Below, piece by piece: positions 52,120 through 64,000 of a stretch of DNA of 64,000 nucleotides; positions within the stretch are counted from its first letter, which is position 1, and the number at the start of each line of letters is the position of its first letter. The position numbers were made by a program, and so were the translations under genes. The DNA is from Octopus bimaculoides (Eukaryota). The notes below the pieces were generated by a model. The model had not been told where the DNA came from. It saw only the letters and a program-made list of their open reading frames with translations, and did no database searches. Where the stretch lies: positions 19,248,954 through 19,312,953 of the forward strand of contig NC_068993.1 in assembly GCF_001194135.2 (NCBI RefSeq), read 5' to 3'.

Positions 52120-52254
52120 ATCCACCCTGAAGTAGGAGGCCAGATTTACCAAATGTTTATCCTTCTATCACTGGTTGCACATCTATGGCTTTTTGCGAAT
52201 TACATCTCCCATCCTTATGACGTAATTCCGAAACACTTGAAACAGCTGGCGGAT
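52120..52254 (+). ncRNA. Hammerhead-like relic with long loop II
   Basis: atccacc-CTGAAGtA-(about 105 nt)-GAAACAGCT-ggcggat; stem I pairs 6/7, but no canonical UH triplet. Confidence 0.3.
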
Positions 52255-53380
52255 TTGTAATTGCCAATTGTTCTGTTGAAATGTTCCTTAAATAGTACCA
52301 TACCCTCTTAAATAAAACCATGGAAATTATAGCTACTAGAATTCAAGATATCCAAATTGAATCTCTCTGTCGTGGTTTGAAAGCATTTCGTAATAAATCT
52401 TTTTCATTTGGCATGACCTGGAGAGAAACGATAAAAATAAAAGAATAAGAATAAAGAAAAGGGACCCAAGTCATCTAAAATTTCTCTCCCATAGAATGAA
52501 TTAAATCTTGTGTACACTAACCACAAATACTAGATTAGTTATATTGGCTATATTAACAGCAAATTACAACGCAAAACATGGCGTAACGTGATATCACCAT
52601 GAAACTTGTTTGTTCTGAGAAATTTCAGGTCCAGTGATAATGTGTAAGCGACAAAGAAACACTGCTGAAAATATTTTATCGAAAAGATAAACAAAGATCT
52701 TTAAACTTTGACAAACCAAGCAAATTTGTTATACCAAACAGAATGTAAGAATGAGCAAAAAAATGAAGACAATGAATAAAATAAAGTAAGAATAAATAGA
52801 TAAAAAAAATATCCTTAATACAATATTTGTTAGCTAAAAGATAGTTCTATGTACCATGACAAAGCATATACGCAGACGGTATTGCATATGCATCTATGAA
52901 TACACATACACATAGGCAGAGATACAAAAACAAGCATTAATATTCATAAATATTTCGATATTTATATATCTAGTCTGTAGTTAGTCATTAATATATTCGT
53001 AGCTAAATTTATTTTAAAATAATCAATAATTATCTTAGTATAACAGTGTTCAACCGGATGGAGCATCAGAATCATAAACTGAAAATAATGTGGGGGAAAT
53101 TATGTAATAATGTTTTCGAACATATAGGTATGAAGCAGGAGATATCTTCCAGGGGATTAACTGAGATGTTATGAAGCTTATATGGAGCACATATCTCTGT
53201 TATTGCATAAGCGATATCAATGAAGCTTGTAAAAGTAGCAATTTGCCCATTTTGTGAATGATCGATGCACGTATGAACAAAAGGATTGTTTTCGGCAGAC
53301 TCTCTATATAATATTGGTTTCAAATATTGGCATATAGCCAATAGCTTGAAAGGAGTAGATAAATCGATTACAGGAGTGGT

Positions 53381-54007
53381 ACGTCTATTACATTAACCTC
53401 AGTGCTCAACTAGTACTTATTTTGTCGACCCCGAAATGCTGAAAGCAAAGTTGACCTGGAGGGAATTTGAGCTCAAAGCATAAAGACCAAATGCCGCTAA
53501 GCATTTTTCCTGCGTGTTAATGATTCTACTAGCTCACCGTCTCTCTCTCCCTCTGGTTTCAAATGTTAGAACAAGACTAACGATTCCGAGGAAGGGCTAG
53601 AGTCAATTACATATACCCTATTACACAACTGTTGCTTATTTCATCACCCCCACCCTCGAACGGATAAGAAGAGAAGTTGACCTCGGTGGCATTTAAACTC
53701 AGAACAAAAAGGCAGACGAAATGCCACTAAGCATTTTGCCCAGCGTGCTAGCAATGTTGCTAGCTTACGGCTTTACCTCCCTGTGTAACATTAGTTTCAA
53801 ATTTTGGCACAAAGCCAGCGACTTCGAGGAAGAGGGAAGGTCATTACATCCACCCCAATACACAACTGGTGCTCATTTTATTAACCCTCCGAAAAGATGA
53901 AAGGCAAATTCGAGTTCAGCTGAATTTGAACCTAGAACGTTAAGACGGACGAAATACTGCTAACCATTTCGTCCGGCGTGCTAACTATTCTGCCAGTTCG
54001 CTACCTT
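53381..54007 (-). mobile_element. Three head-to-tail SINE family A copies
   Basis: Units at about 53381-53541, 53555-53773 and 53793-54007. Confidence 0.85.
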
Positions 54008-54575
54008 ACCTGTCTCTGTAATGTTAACGCGTAGGCTTATTCATTCAGCCATCCATTACTGTACATGTATCTGCGTATGTATATATATTTATATAATGCA
54101 TACGTCAGTCTAATGATGCTTTCTATTATAATCCAGTATTTTCAACTAATATTGACTTTTATAGCTGATCCAAAACTAGCGATTAGGTTTGTTGCATATT
54201 CGTATCAGTCGAATTGATTGATACCTTGTTTTAGTATCGAAGGATGTAATGTGATATTAACTTGAGAGGGATTTACACTCAAAATATTTCCGAATATTAA
54301 GCCATAACATAAAAAAAGATATATTAAGATACGAGTGGTTTTTAGGACTAAGAGATACAGCCAACTTGAATCAAGTTTATTACATTATTAGAATTGGTGT
54401 TTTAATGAAGTTGGGATATGAAATGCTCACTTTAACGAAGAAATGGTGAACGATGTGAATTAGTGTACCTGATCACAAATTCAATGTATTAATAAAATTA
54501 ATACATTGCAATGTATTTCTTCAATCATTAGTAAAATAATCATCGAACTGATTTCCAGAATAAACTATCAAGAGC

Positions 54576-54641
<66 letters not shown>

Positions 54642-54696
54642 NNNNNNNNNNNNNNNNNNNNNNNNNNNNNNNNNNNNNNNNNNNNNNNNNNNNNNN

Positions 54697-54752
<56 letters not shown>

Positions 54753-54915
54753 GATTATTAAATTCGATTCAGTACATGCTTGGTATTAGTTTATCGATCA
54801 TTAGTAGGCATGTATGGCAAATTTGATGTTTGGTGAAATGAACTCAAAGCGTAATGTTATGCAATAATGATGCTAATGATGATGATGATAAGACTGGTGC
54901 TGCTGGTGAAATAAC

Positions 54916-54967
<52 letters not shown>

Positions 54968-54974
54968 GTAAGAC

Positions 54975-55680
54975 TGAGAGCGTTTTGATCAGTTGCCAGG
55001 ACTGTATCGAAGCAGAGAAAAACAGCTTAACGTGGTATATAAAAATACTGTGGAGCCATTGTTGAAACTTATGAAGAAAACCGGCGTCATCAAAACTGAA
55101 AAATGTGTAATGAAAGAAAAATTTAAACAAGAAATGAACACAATAAAAGGAGAAGCATGGAAGGAAAAAAATGTACGGTCAGTTTGCAAGAAATGTGAAC
55201 GCCAAAACAGATACAGAGGACCGGTGGCTATGGATGAGGAGGAGTGACCTGAAGATAGAGACAGAAGCACTCATATGCGCAGCTCAAGAAGATGCATTAA
55301 GGACCAACATGTGTAATGCAGAATAGGCAACACTACCGACAGCGACAAATACAGAATGTATGGTGAGAGGGGTAAAATTGTATGGCACATCGTTAGCGAG
55401 TGCCTGAAATTGGCACAACACGAATATAAATGACGCCATGACAATGTGGCAAGAATGATCCATTGGGAGGTCTGTGGAAAAAAAAAAATTTTTAAGAGCA
55501 AAGACGTGGTATGAGCAAACCCCAGAATGAGCCACCGACATTGAAAATTGCAAACTCCTGTGGGATATAATGATCCAGTGTGATCACCTGACCGTTCATC
55601 AGAATCCGGTCATTGTTGTGGTAAATAAAAAAGAAAGAAAGTACATGATAATCGAGATAGCATGCCCCGGTGACAACTTC
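54975..55680 (+). mobile_element. R4/Dong-type LINE fragment (post-RT, CCHC, start of endonuclease)
   Basis: DLKIETEALICAAQEDALRTN...HIVSECLKLAQHEYK.RHDNVARMIHW...KLLWDIMIQCDH...IIEIACPGD; directly preceded by (TAA)n. Confidence 0.9.
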
Positions 55681-55899
55681 CATCGAAGTGGTGTGAAAAC
55701 AAGCGATAAATAAAAAATTTTGTAAATTTACGATGAAAAAAATCGGCACACTTAGTTTTAAACAATGCGCAAACCAAGTCATGAAATTTTTAAAAAATGG
55801 CGCCCAAGGTGAGTTTGAAATATAGAAAATAGCACCAAATTCATCTTGAAGAAAAGAAAATTTAAAAGCGTGGTAAATACAATGTCAGAGAAAGGGATA

Positions 55900-56280
55900 A
55901 GTTAAAGCTTGCAAGGAACTAATATGTTAAACTAAATACAGTACACACCATTGAAAGAAAACATTAGTAAGGAATATTAGAGTTGCATTAGATTAATACT
56001 TCAAAGAGAGCTAAGTGAAAAAGTCAGGTTGTAGGCATGACTACATTATCTATTCCATTAATAAGTTATAGTTATAATATTCTCAACAGGACGCTGAATG
56101 AATTTAGAAGACTAGACAGAAGTCTAGTTTTAATAATTAATTAACAAGACGAGACTGCTAATGGAGAATAATAGCATTATGAACATCTACCGTACAAATT
56201 CCAATAGAGAACATAGGTCTATCACGAATACTGCAGGAGTAGATGCTTGTTGCAAACAGAAAATTATTATAATATTCCAG
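55900..56280 (+). mobile_element. Older R4/Dong-like LINE RT-end fragment
   Basis: TLSIPLISYSYNILNRTLNEFRRLDRS resembles TLAIPVxTYSFxIIxWTxxEIxxLDR. Confidence 0.5.
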
Positions 56281-56824
56281 TATACTGTAAAACAGGTAAA
56301 TAGCTATTAATGAATAATGGAAAACTAATACGAATTACCACAATACTTTTAATAAGCAAAAAAAGGTACTTTTAACATAATGAAAGAGAAACTGAGGTAA
56401 CAAATGAGAAATGAGAAGAAATGAAAATCTCAAACAGACTAAAATCAAATTGAATTTTAAGTTAGAAGCAGATCTATTAGAGTAAGCATTACCGATGTCA
56501 CATATTTATGTATGTTTTCTTTATACGTTTATTAACTGCAGAATTTCTTCTGTGGGAAATTCCTTTTAAGACGTCAAGTTTCTTAAACACTGTGATATAT
56601 ATATATATATATATATATATANNNNNNNNNNNNNNNNNNNNNNNNNNNNNNNNNNNNNNNNNNNNNNNNNNNNNNNNNNNNNNNNNNNNNNNNNNNNNNN
56701 NNNNNNNNNNNNNNNNNNNNNNNNNNNNNNNNNNNNNNNNNNNNNNNNNNNNNNNNNNNNNNNNNNNNNNNNNNNNNNNNNNNNNNNNNNNNNNNNNNNN
56801 NNNNNNNNNNNNNNNNNNNNNNNN

Positions 56825-56879
<55 letters not shown>

Positions 56880-56919
56880 AAACGGAAAAGTATAACATTG
56901 ACTATCCATCACAACTAAG

Positions 56920-57003
56920 CTTACCAATCGGTTTCGCGTAAAGAATACAATGGAGTGTTATCTAACACTCCATTGTATTCTTTACGTGAAACCGGTTAGT
57001 GAG
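56920..57003. repeat. 84-bp near-perfect palindrome
   Basis: Inner 24 bp are perfect (cgtaaagaatacaatggagtgtta / taacactccattgtattctttacg), 2-nt loop, few outer mismatches. Confidence 0.95.
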
Positions 57004-57400
57004 ATCAGCAGTGGTGGATATTTAATACTATACTATATATGTATATATATATATGTGTATGTATATATTTATGTATGTATCGGTGTTTGAAGTGGTGTAC
57101 TGATATTGTATTTTGAGAATAAGGAGACAGAATTTTGGATAGTTCTTTATGGGCGCCTTTGTTCGTTTATCGAACACGTCAAGACAAAATCAAAATAAAT
57201 CGGATGCTTTGGGGGTTTGTTTAGAAGAAGAGAAAAATATTTGGGGTGGGGGAAGAGACAAAAAAAAAGCAAAGAGGAAGGGAAAGTAGACAGAAAAAGA
57301 GATTGACGACAATCAAGAAAGAGGAAAAAAGTACAATAAAGGATGGGGAAGGAGTAGATAAATAGATAGATAGAAAGACTAAAAGATAGATAGATTGAAT

Positions 57401-57470
<70 letters not shown>

Positions 57471-57649
57471 CAAATAGATAGATAGCGATATATATAGAGA
57501 GAGGGAGAAGAGGTTTCTTTTCAATTTGATGTAGTGAAAATATTTTGAGTTCGGTACTGTTTATAATTTACTCTATTCTCTATGTTCATTTAATCAAACA
57601 TCATAATTGAGTTTTGTATATTGCATATTTAGCTGGAAGCCACTCTGTA

Positions 57650-58038
57650 GAATATACGGTCCATATCTGAAAGCTTTGGTCTTCTTCCGGAGTTTTGTTT
57701 TGACGCGGAGGTTTTTCCCTCTTTCTCAAAGGGTGTAATTACTTTCCAGACACTACTTCTTGATACACCAAACATTTCGGCTGTTTTCGTTACGTTAGCG
57801 CCTGCAATACAACCACCAAGAATTTGACCTCTTTGAAAGTCTAATAAATCTGTCATTTCAATGAATTTTAATTACATTTTACTGAAAAACAAACTGCAAT
57901 TTTAGCAAAACATATTAAGCAATACTAATAGCAAATAAAAAAAAACATAACAATAAACAAGCTATGGACGGTTTTATAGATATTTCAAAATTATGATGCT
58001 ATTATGCTAGGTGTTTCCATTATTTTGTCCATCCCTTG
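57650..58038 (-). mobile_element. 5' fragment of the same Tc1 family as 3171-4335
   Basis: TIR gggatggacaaaataatggaaacacc; ORF MTDLLDFQRGQILGGCIAGANVTKTAEMFGVSRSSVWKVITPFEKEGKT. Confidence 0.9.
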
Positions 58039-58327
58039 GNNNNNNNNNNNNNNNNNNNNNNNNNNNNNNNNNNNNNNNNNNNNNNNNNNNNNNNNNNNNN
58101 NNNNNNNNNNNNNNNNNNNNNNNNNNNNNNNNNNNNNNNNNNNNNNNNNNNNNNNNNNNNNNNNNNNNNNNNNNNNNNNNNNNNNNNNNNNNNNNNNNNN
58201 NNNNNNNNNNNNNNNNNNNNNNNNNNNNNNNNNNNNNNNNNNNNNNNNNNNNNNNNNNNNNNNNNNNNNNNNNNNNNNNNNNNNNNNNNNNNNNNNNNNN
58301 NNNNNNNNNNNNNNNNNNNNNNNNNNN

Positions 58328-58370
<43 letters not shown>

Positions 58371-59529
58371 AAATATATATACATACCTATATATATGTAT
58401 ATATATATATAACGAAAATGCATGTCGATATCACTTGATGTGCTTTGAAAGAAAAGTAAGTTTTATAAAGGGAACATAATCACCTCTATAAAATATAATG
58501 CAAGATACGGCACATAGGTAAACAGTCAGTGTGAAAAGCAACAATGATTTTGAAATGAAAGCAGAAAAAGATCTTATTTTATATGCACCTGATCAAACAC
58601 TAATCGCTACAAACTACAAAATAAAAGCACTGGAACAAGTGATGTACTATAGATTACGTATTCGCATTCGGGACAAAGAAATAAATAACTATTGATAAGA
58701 TCAATTCTGACTACCCAAAATATGCTAAAGATGTAATATATTCACAAACATGTGCAACATTCTGGCACTTTCACGTTAAAACTGAGAAAGGGTGAAACAT
58801 TTACCAAAGCTGCATATGAAAATAAACCGGCTGTGATAAACTAGGGCACGCGTCTTTGGAATGAGAAATAAAACCACGATACCATATCCGCGAAATGGCG
58901 TGGAGCTTTTATTCCACATCCAGATATCGCAGTGAAACTTCAGAATTGAAAGAAATGAACTGCAATAAATTTGTCGATTACTTCTGAGCGAAATAGTTCG
59001 AAAGTCTATATTGAAATGGAAGTATGGAAATATACAACGTAGGGAATGAGGAAAAAATTGGTACCAGTAATAATATTAGGAACTTCAAAGAAAACATAAA
59101 AAATTATTATCATTACATAGCACTTCGAGGCACAAATCACTTGGTAAACTTTCTGCATTATTCATTCGGATAAAACAATTCATTCGATGCACAATAAGAT
59201 AACAATGATTCTACATAACCATTTCCTAATAATATTATACAATTCACACATCAAATATATTTCACAATGGCCTTCTGATTCTATAAAACCTCTCGCACTG
59301 TACATACGCAACAAAATCTTAATTCCATAACATATCGAACTCACATACCACATATTCTACACAATAAACACCGGAAACGCTAAAATAATGGGCAACACTT
59401 CAAAGAATATCTATCAAGAACGCAAATTAGATGAACATAGAGACACTGTCCAAATTCACTAAAAAAAAAAAAAAAATGCAATGAGTTACATACTCCGAGA
59501 TTACCGGTTAGCAGTTAATATTACTATAA

Positions 59530-59680
59530 AAGCTGGCAACTTTGGAAAAAATGGGTAAGTTGATTACACCGATCTCACTAATTCAGTCGTACTTTTATTT
59601 CATCGACTTTGAAATATTGAACAAAAGCATGTCAGCAGGAATTGAACTGCAAACGTAAAATACCGGAAAATTAATCGCAG
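59530..59680 (-). mobile_element. Old degenerate SINE family A
   Basis: Patchy similarity (gtacttttatttcatcgac, aattgaact). Confidence 0.45.
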
Positions 59681-59974
59681 CGACACTTCAATGAATATAC
59701 CACTGCACCACACTGAAATTCATTTTTATAATAAATGTGCTTATTAATCATTTTGGACTACTTAACTGGTAAATTCATTTTAAAGATAGCAATTGTTAAA
59801 AGTCTACGTTGTCTAAAACATACTTAAAAATCATAAGTATAATACTTTTTAGATGCGGTTGCCAAATGTATTATTAAAACTACAGAAGACTAATTTTAAT
59901 TCAGTGCGGGGTAGCATTTTTTAACACTCAAGATAGCGTCTCTTTTGTCTTTTCTCCTTCTTATAATTCGTGAC

Positions 59975-60257
59975 GGGGACAACACGAACCTGAGGCTGTG
60001 ATAGAAAATGAGAATTAGGAGATCTTGCAGGACTTTTCCATTAAAACTTACCTTATTATTGTGGCAATAACACTAGACATGATTACAGAGCAGAAAATTT
60101 ATCAACAGTGTAAGATCACTGATATTGCTATTTTATATGATAGAACCGCACGAATACTCTGGATGGTGCTCGAAAAATAAGGGATGTTACCTTAGTTCAC
60201 TGGTAGGGAACAGCTGACACCGTAGTACATCTCCAGCGTTAGAAGCTGTGCGAAGAC

Positions 60258-60329
<72 letters not shown>

Positions 60330-60520
60330 CTACTAACATCGCTCAATCAGATTGGTACAAATGTAAAGATAGAACACCTACAGAAATCAGCATTGGTTGG
60401 AACTTCTAGAATTCTTCACAAGGTTCTTGAAGTAAACAAGTGTCACCTTAGTCTGCTGGCTGTGGACAGCTGACACTTTCCCTCATACCCAGCAAAATAA
60501 GCTGAGAGTTTTCATCAAAC
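59975..60520 (+). mobile_element. Two stacked R4/Dong LINE 3' ends separated by (TAA)n
   Basis: Copy 1: HEPEAVIENE..ILQDFSIKT...RILWMVLEK*, then 3' UTR. (TAA)n at 60258-60328. Copy 2: IEHLQKSALVGTSRILHKVLEV* with a similar 3' UTR (gtcaccttagt...acagctgacac). Confidence 0.8.
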
Positions 60521-61519
60521 AACAACAACAACAATGATGATGATACCCTTATTATTGTCGACGGAGTTCATTCCCTCCAATGATTACAATTATTTCCTAT
60601 TGAAATTTACATCGAAAACAGAACCAATGAAGGAACCTCTAACTTGTATTTCGACCTTTTGGTAATAGCATGCAAATCTTTGCTTGAAATCACACTGCTA
60701 CGTATTTTGAAAAAAAAAAAAGACAAAAGACAGGGACAAAGTTGTTAATGCAGTCTTCAATAAACTGCGCCTCAAAAGATAGATAGTCACGAATGCAATA
60801 CATTTGATAAGAGGGTTGTTCGATCAAAGCTGACCTAGGTTGAATAAGCAGCAATAACTGGTAATCTTTTTGTCGTTCCAATATTTTCATTACGTCAACA
60901 TATACTAAATCAATACAAATCAACTAAATATATCTTCCTAGAATATTGGTGGATAGATATAATAAAAATTGACGCGACATTTATGGTAGTTCTCATCAAT
61001 ATGTTTTATTTTACGAATCGATTCCTTGCTTAACAAATATTGTTGAAAGAAAACTCTTGGCCATAATTATGTGCCCTTAAGAAGATCAAATTATGATTAA
61101 ACGATATTAAAAGCGCATAAGCTTTTTCAAATTTCAGATTAAACATTTATCTTTGACAGCAATGTTTCAAAATCATGCTTCAACGTCTATTTTGGTCTTT
61201 ATTTTCTATAATGGCTTCTCTGACTAATAAAAATATAGACATCAGTTTTTCAATCTCTCTTTTTTTTTCTCGCTCTCTTACTCAGTACAAATCTGACTAC
61301 TGCATAATGTTTGTATGTATGTATATACGTATATGTTATGGATGTATGCATGTGTTTGTATGAATTAAAATATATCTGCTGTCTGTCTGCTTGCCTGCCT
61401 GTCTGCCTGTCCGTCTGTTTGCGTCTATATATGACTATCTCTCGAACTATCAGCCAATCTTTCTATTTGTTTATCCCCATGTATGCATGCATTCATATGT
61501 ACATATACATACACACACA

Positions 61520-61565
<46 letters not shown>

Positions 61566-62156
61566 NNNNNNNNNNNNNNNNNNNNNNNNNNNNNNNNNNN
61601 NNNNNNNNNNNNNNNNNNNNNNNNNNNNNNNNNNNNNNNNNNNNNNNNNNNNNNNNNNNNNNNNNNNNNNNNNNNNNNNNNNNNNNNNNNNNNNNNNNNN
61701 NNNNNNNNNNNNNNNNNNNNNNNNNNNNNNNNNNNNNNNNNNNNNNNNNNNNNNNNNNNNNNNNNNNNNNNNNNNNNNNNNNNNNNNNNNNNNNNNNNNN
61801 NNNNNNNNNNNNNNNNNNNNNNNNNNNNNNNNNNNNNNNNNNNNNNNNNNNNTATATATATATATATATATATGATGTGTTTGTGGGGGCGTAGGTGTGT
61901 GATGGTGTCTGTATATGTGTGTTTGTACAAGTGTGAAGTAGGGCGCATAACCATGCGTACATAAACGTATGTTGTTTGGTGAAAATATGCATAAGTAATG
62001 AAAAACAGAAAAAAGCTGATGAAGGCTGAACTATTGCTATTAGTAGGAAATGGAGACAAAAACTGCAGTAAGTTATTTACTGAAAGGGATTGCAAGTAAA
62101 TTTACTTTATCGCAAGTTCACTAATGGATGACTTATTCTCAGTTTGATCTTAACAT

Positions 62157-62470
<314 letters not shown>

Positions 62471-63764
62471 CATTACTAATATACAATGTAAAAAAAATGT
62501 GAAAAAATTAACACAAAAAGAGAGTAAAAGCCTATAGCGGATTGAATTATATCAATAAAATGGATTATTTCTTTACATTCTGTTGCTCTACATTCATATG
62601 CAAGTTTACCACTTTATGTAGAACATGTTTTTTTTCCCTGTTTCCTTATTTCACTTTCCTTTTATTCACAAAAGAGGTTGGATGATGCTAATAACTTTAG
62701 ATCCTGGAAAACAAGCGTTGTTTTAGTGAAATGCCTTAGCGTATCTGACATATTCTTTGAATTATTTCATACATTTAACATTTATCATTTATTTGACAGT
62801 TAAATCTGCATTGCAACAAGATGTTTTTATCTATAATATGAAGTGCAAGGAGTTGATCAAAATTGCAGTTGACGGATCGTACGCTTACACAGAAGGCATT
62901 TTTATTTTTGTTAATCTGCTCAAAACCCTGTCAAATACGTATTTCTTCATCATATTAATATTTTCATGCATTACCATTATTCCATATAGAACATTTCTAT
63001 TCTCTCTGCTTTGGTGTTAATTTAAAAATTGGGGAAAAAACAGAAACTGAGTTGCAGCATAGTTATTTGTTACAGTGCAATATTTCATCTATATTGTGAT
63101 AATATGAAAGTTATTTTATATTAAATTATTATAGACATTCCACAGTACCTTTCAATATCATAAAAAAACGCACTTGTGTTAATCCTAAATGATCACAGAT
63201 TGGATGACTAGATATTCTCACAAAGAAAAATGATGAAACATCGATACGCGAAATATTGATTTTTTAAAGAATTAGCACAATGCCATACATTTGAAAGAGG
63301 TTACAGTAGTTAAAATCGATCTTAGTATTTGACTGGTATTTCATTTTATTGCAGGAAGGAAGTTGACTTCGGTGAAATTACGGTCACAGCAAAATTCTAC
63401 ATGCACTTTTCTTGGACATTCTAAGGAATTTCCCTCCCTATCTCGCACTGTAAGATAAGAAAATACAACTAATTATGATACATTACACGGCATAGAGTTT
63501 ATAGAAAAAAGCGGCTGCATCCATTACCATCTATATCCGCATGACACTATATCAGCATATCATTGTTTTGCTGATGTTTCATATCCTTGATATTGTTCTT
63601 GTGTTGATATATTTTAAAATATATCCTGCAGCATTTATTAAAATTCACTAAATATCGTATTGCAGTCCTACTGTAATCGGTAGTATTCGTTGTACCTCTA
63701 ACCATTTATTGACTCATAAGACAGTACTCTCTTCCGAACCATTTTTCTTTTATTATTTTATTCC

Positions 63765-63945
63765 TGTACTTCTTTCAATTATTTGACTGCGGCCATCCTG
63801 GATCACCGCCTTTAGTCGAACAAATTCATTTTAAGCCTAGTACTTATTCTATCGGTTTCTTTTCCCGAACCATTAAATTACGGAGACATAAACACACCAA
63901 CATCCGTTGTCAAGCGATTTGGGGGACAAACACAGACACACTAAT
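63765..63945 (-). mobile_element. SINE family C tail D
   Basis: atttgactgcggccatcctggatcaccgcctttagtcgaac...gtacttattctatcgg...gggggacaaacacagacac. Confidence 0.8.
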
Positions 63946-64000
63946 ATATATATGTGTATATATAATTATGTGTATTTCTTCTATCTTAAGATCGGAAGAG

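Overview
Eukaryotic, strongly AT-rich, repeat-dense genomic DNA from a draft assembly with about 20 N gaps, most next to microsatellites. The SINE families and the microsatellite load resemble a coleoid cephalopod (octopus-like) genome; this is inference from pattern recognition, not a database hit. There is no long intact ORF: nearly all long entries in the ORF track come from N runs or simple repeats. The window reads as intronic or intergenic DNA filled with decayed mobile elements. These include a TIR-bounded Tc1 element plus a second fragment, an internally deleted Helitron, a Penelope-like GIY-YIG fragment, several R4/Dong-type LINE pieces stacked in (TAA)n arrays, two RTE LINE 3' ends, a hAT (Charlie/Buster-type) transposase relic and a MITE, and three tRNA-type SINE families. 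Five low-confidence host exon candidates are supported only by splice signals. The most notable unexplained signal is a set of dispersed minimal type-I hammerhead ribozyme-like motifs with palindromic stem III, best at 48168-48207 on the minus strand. Several long near-perfect palindromes are also present (44884-45034, 47460-47608, 56920-57003).
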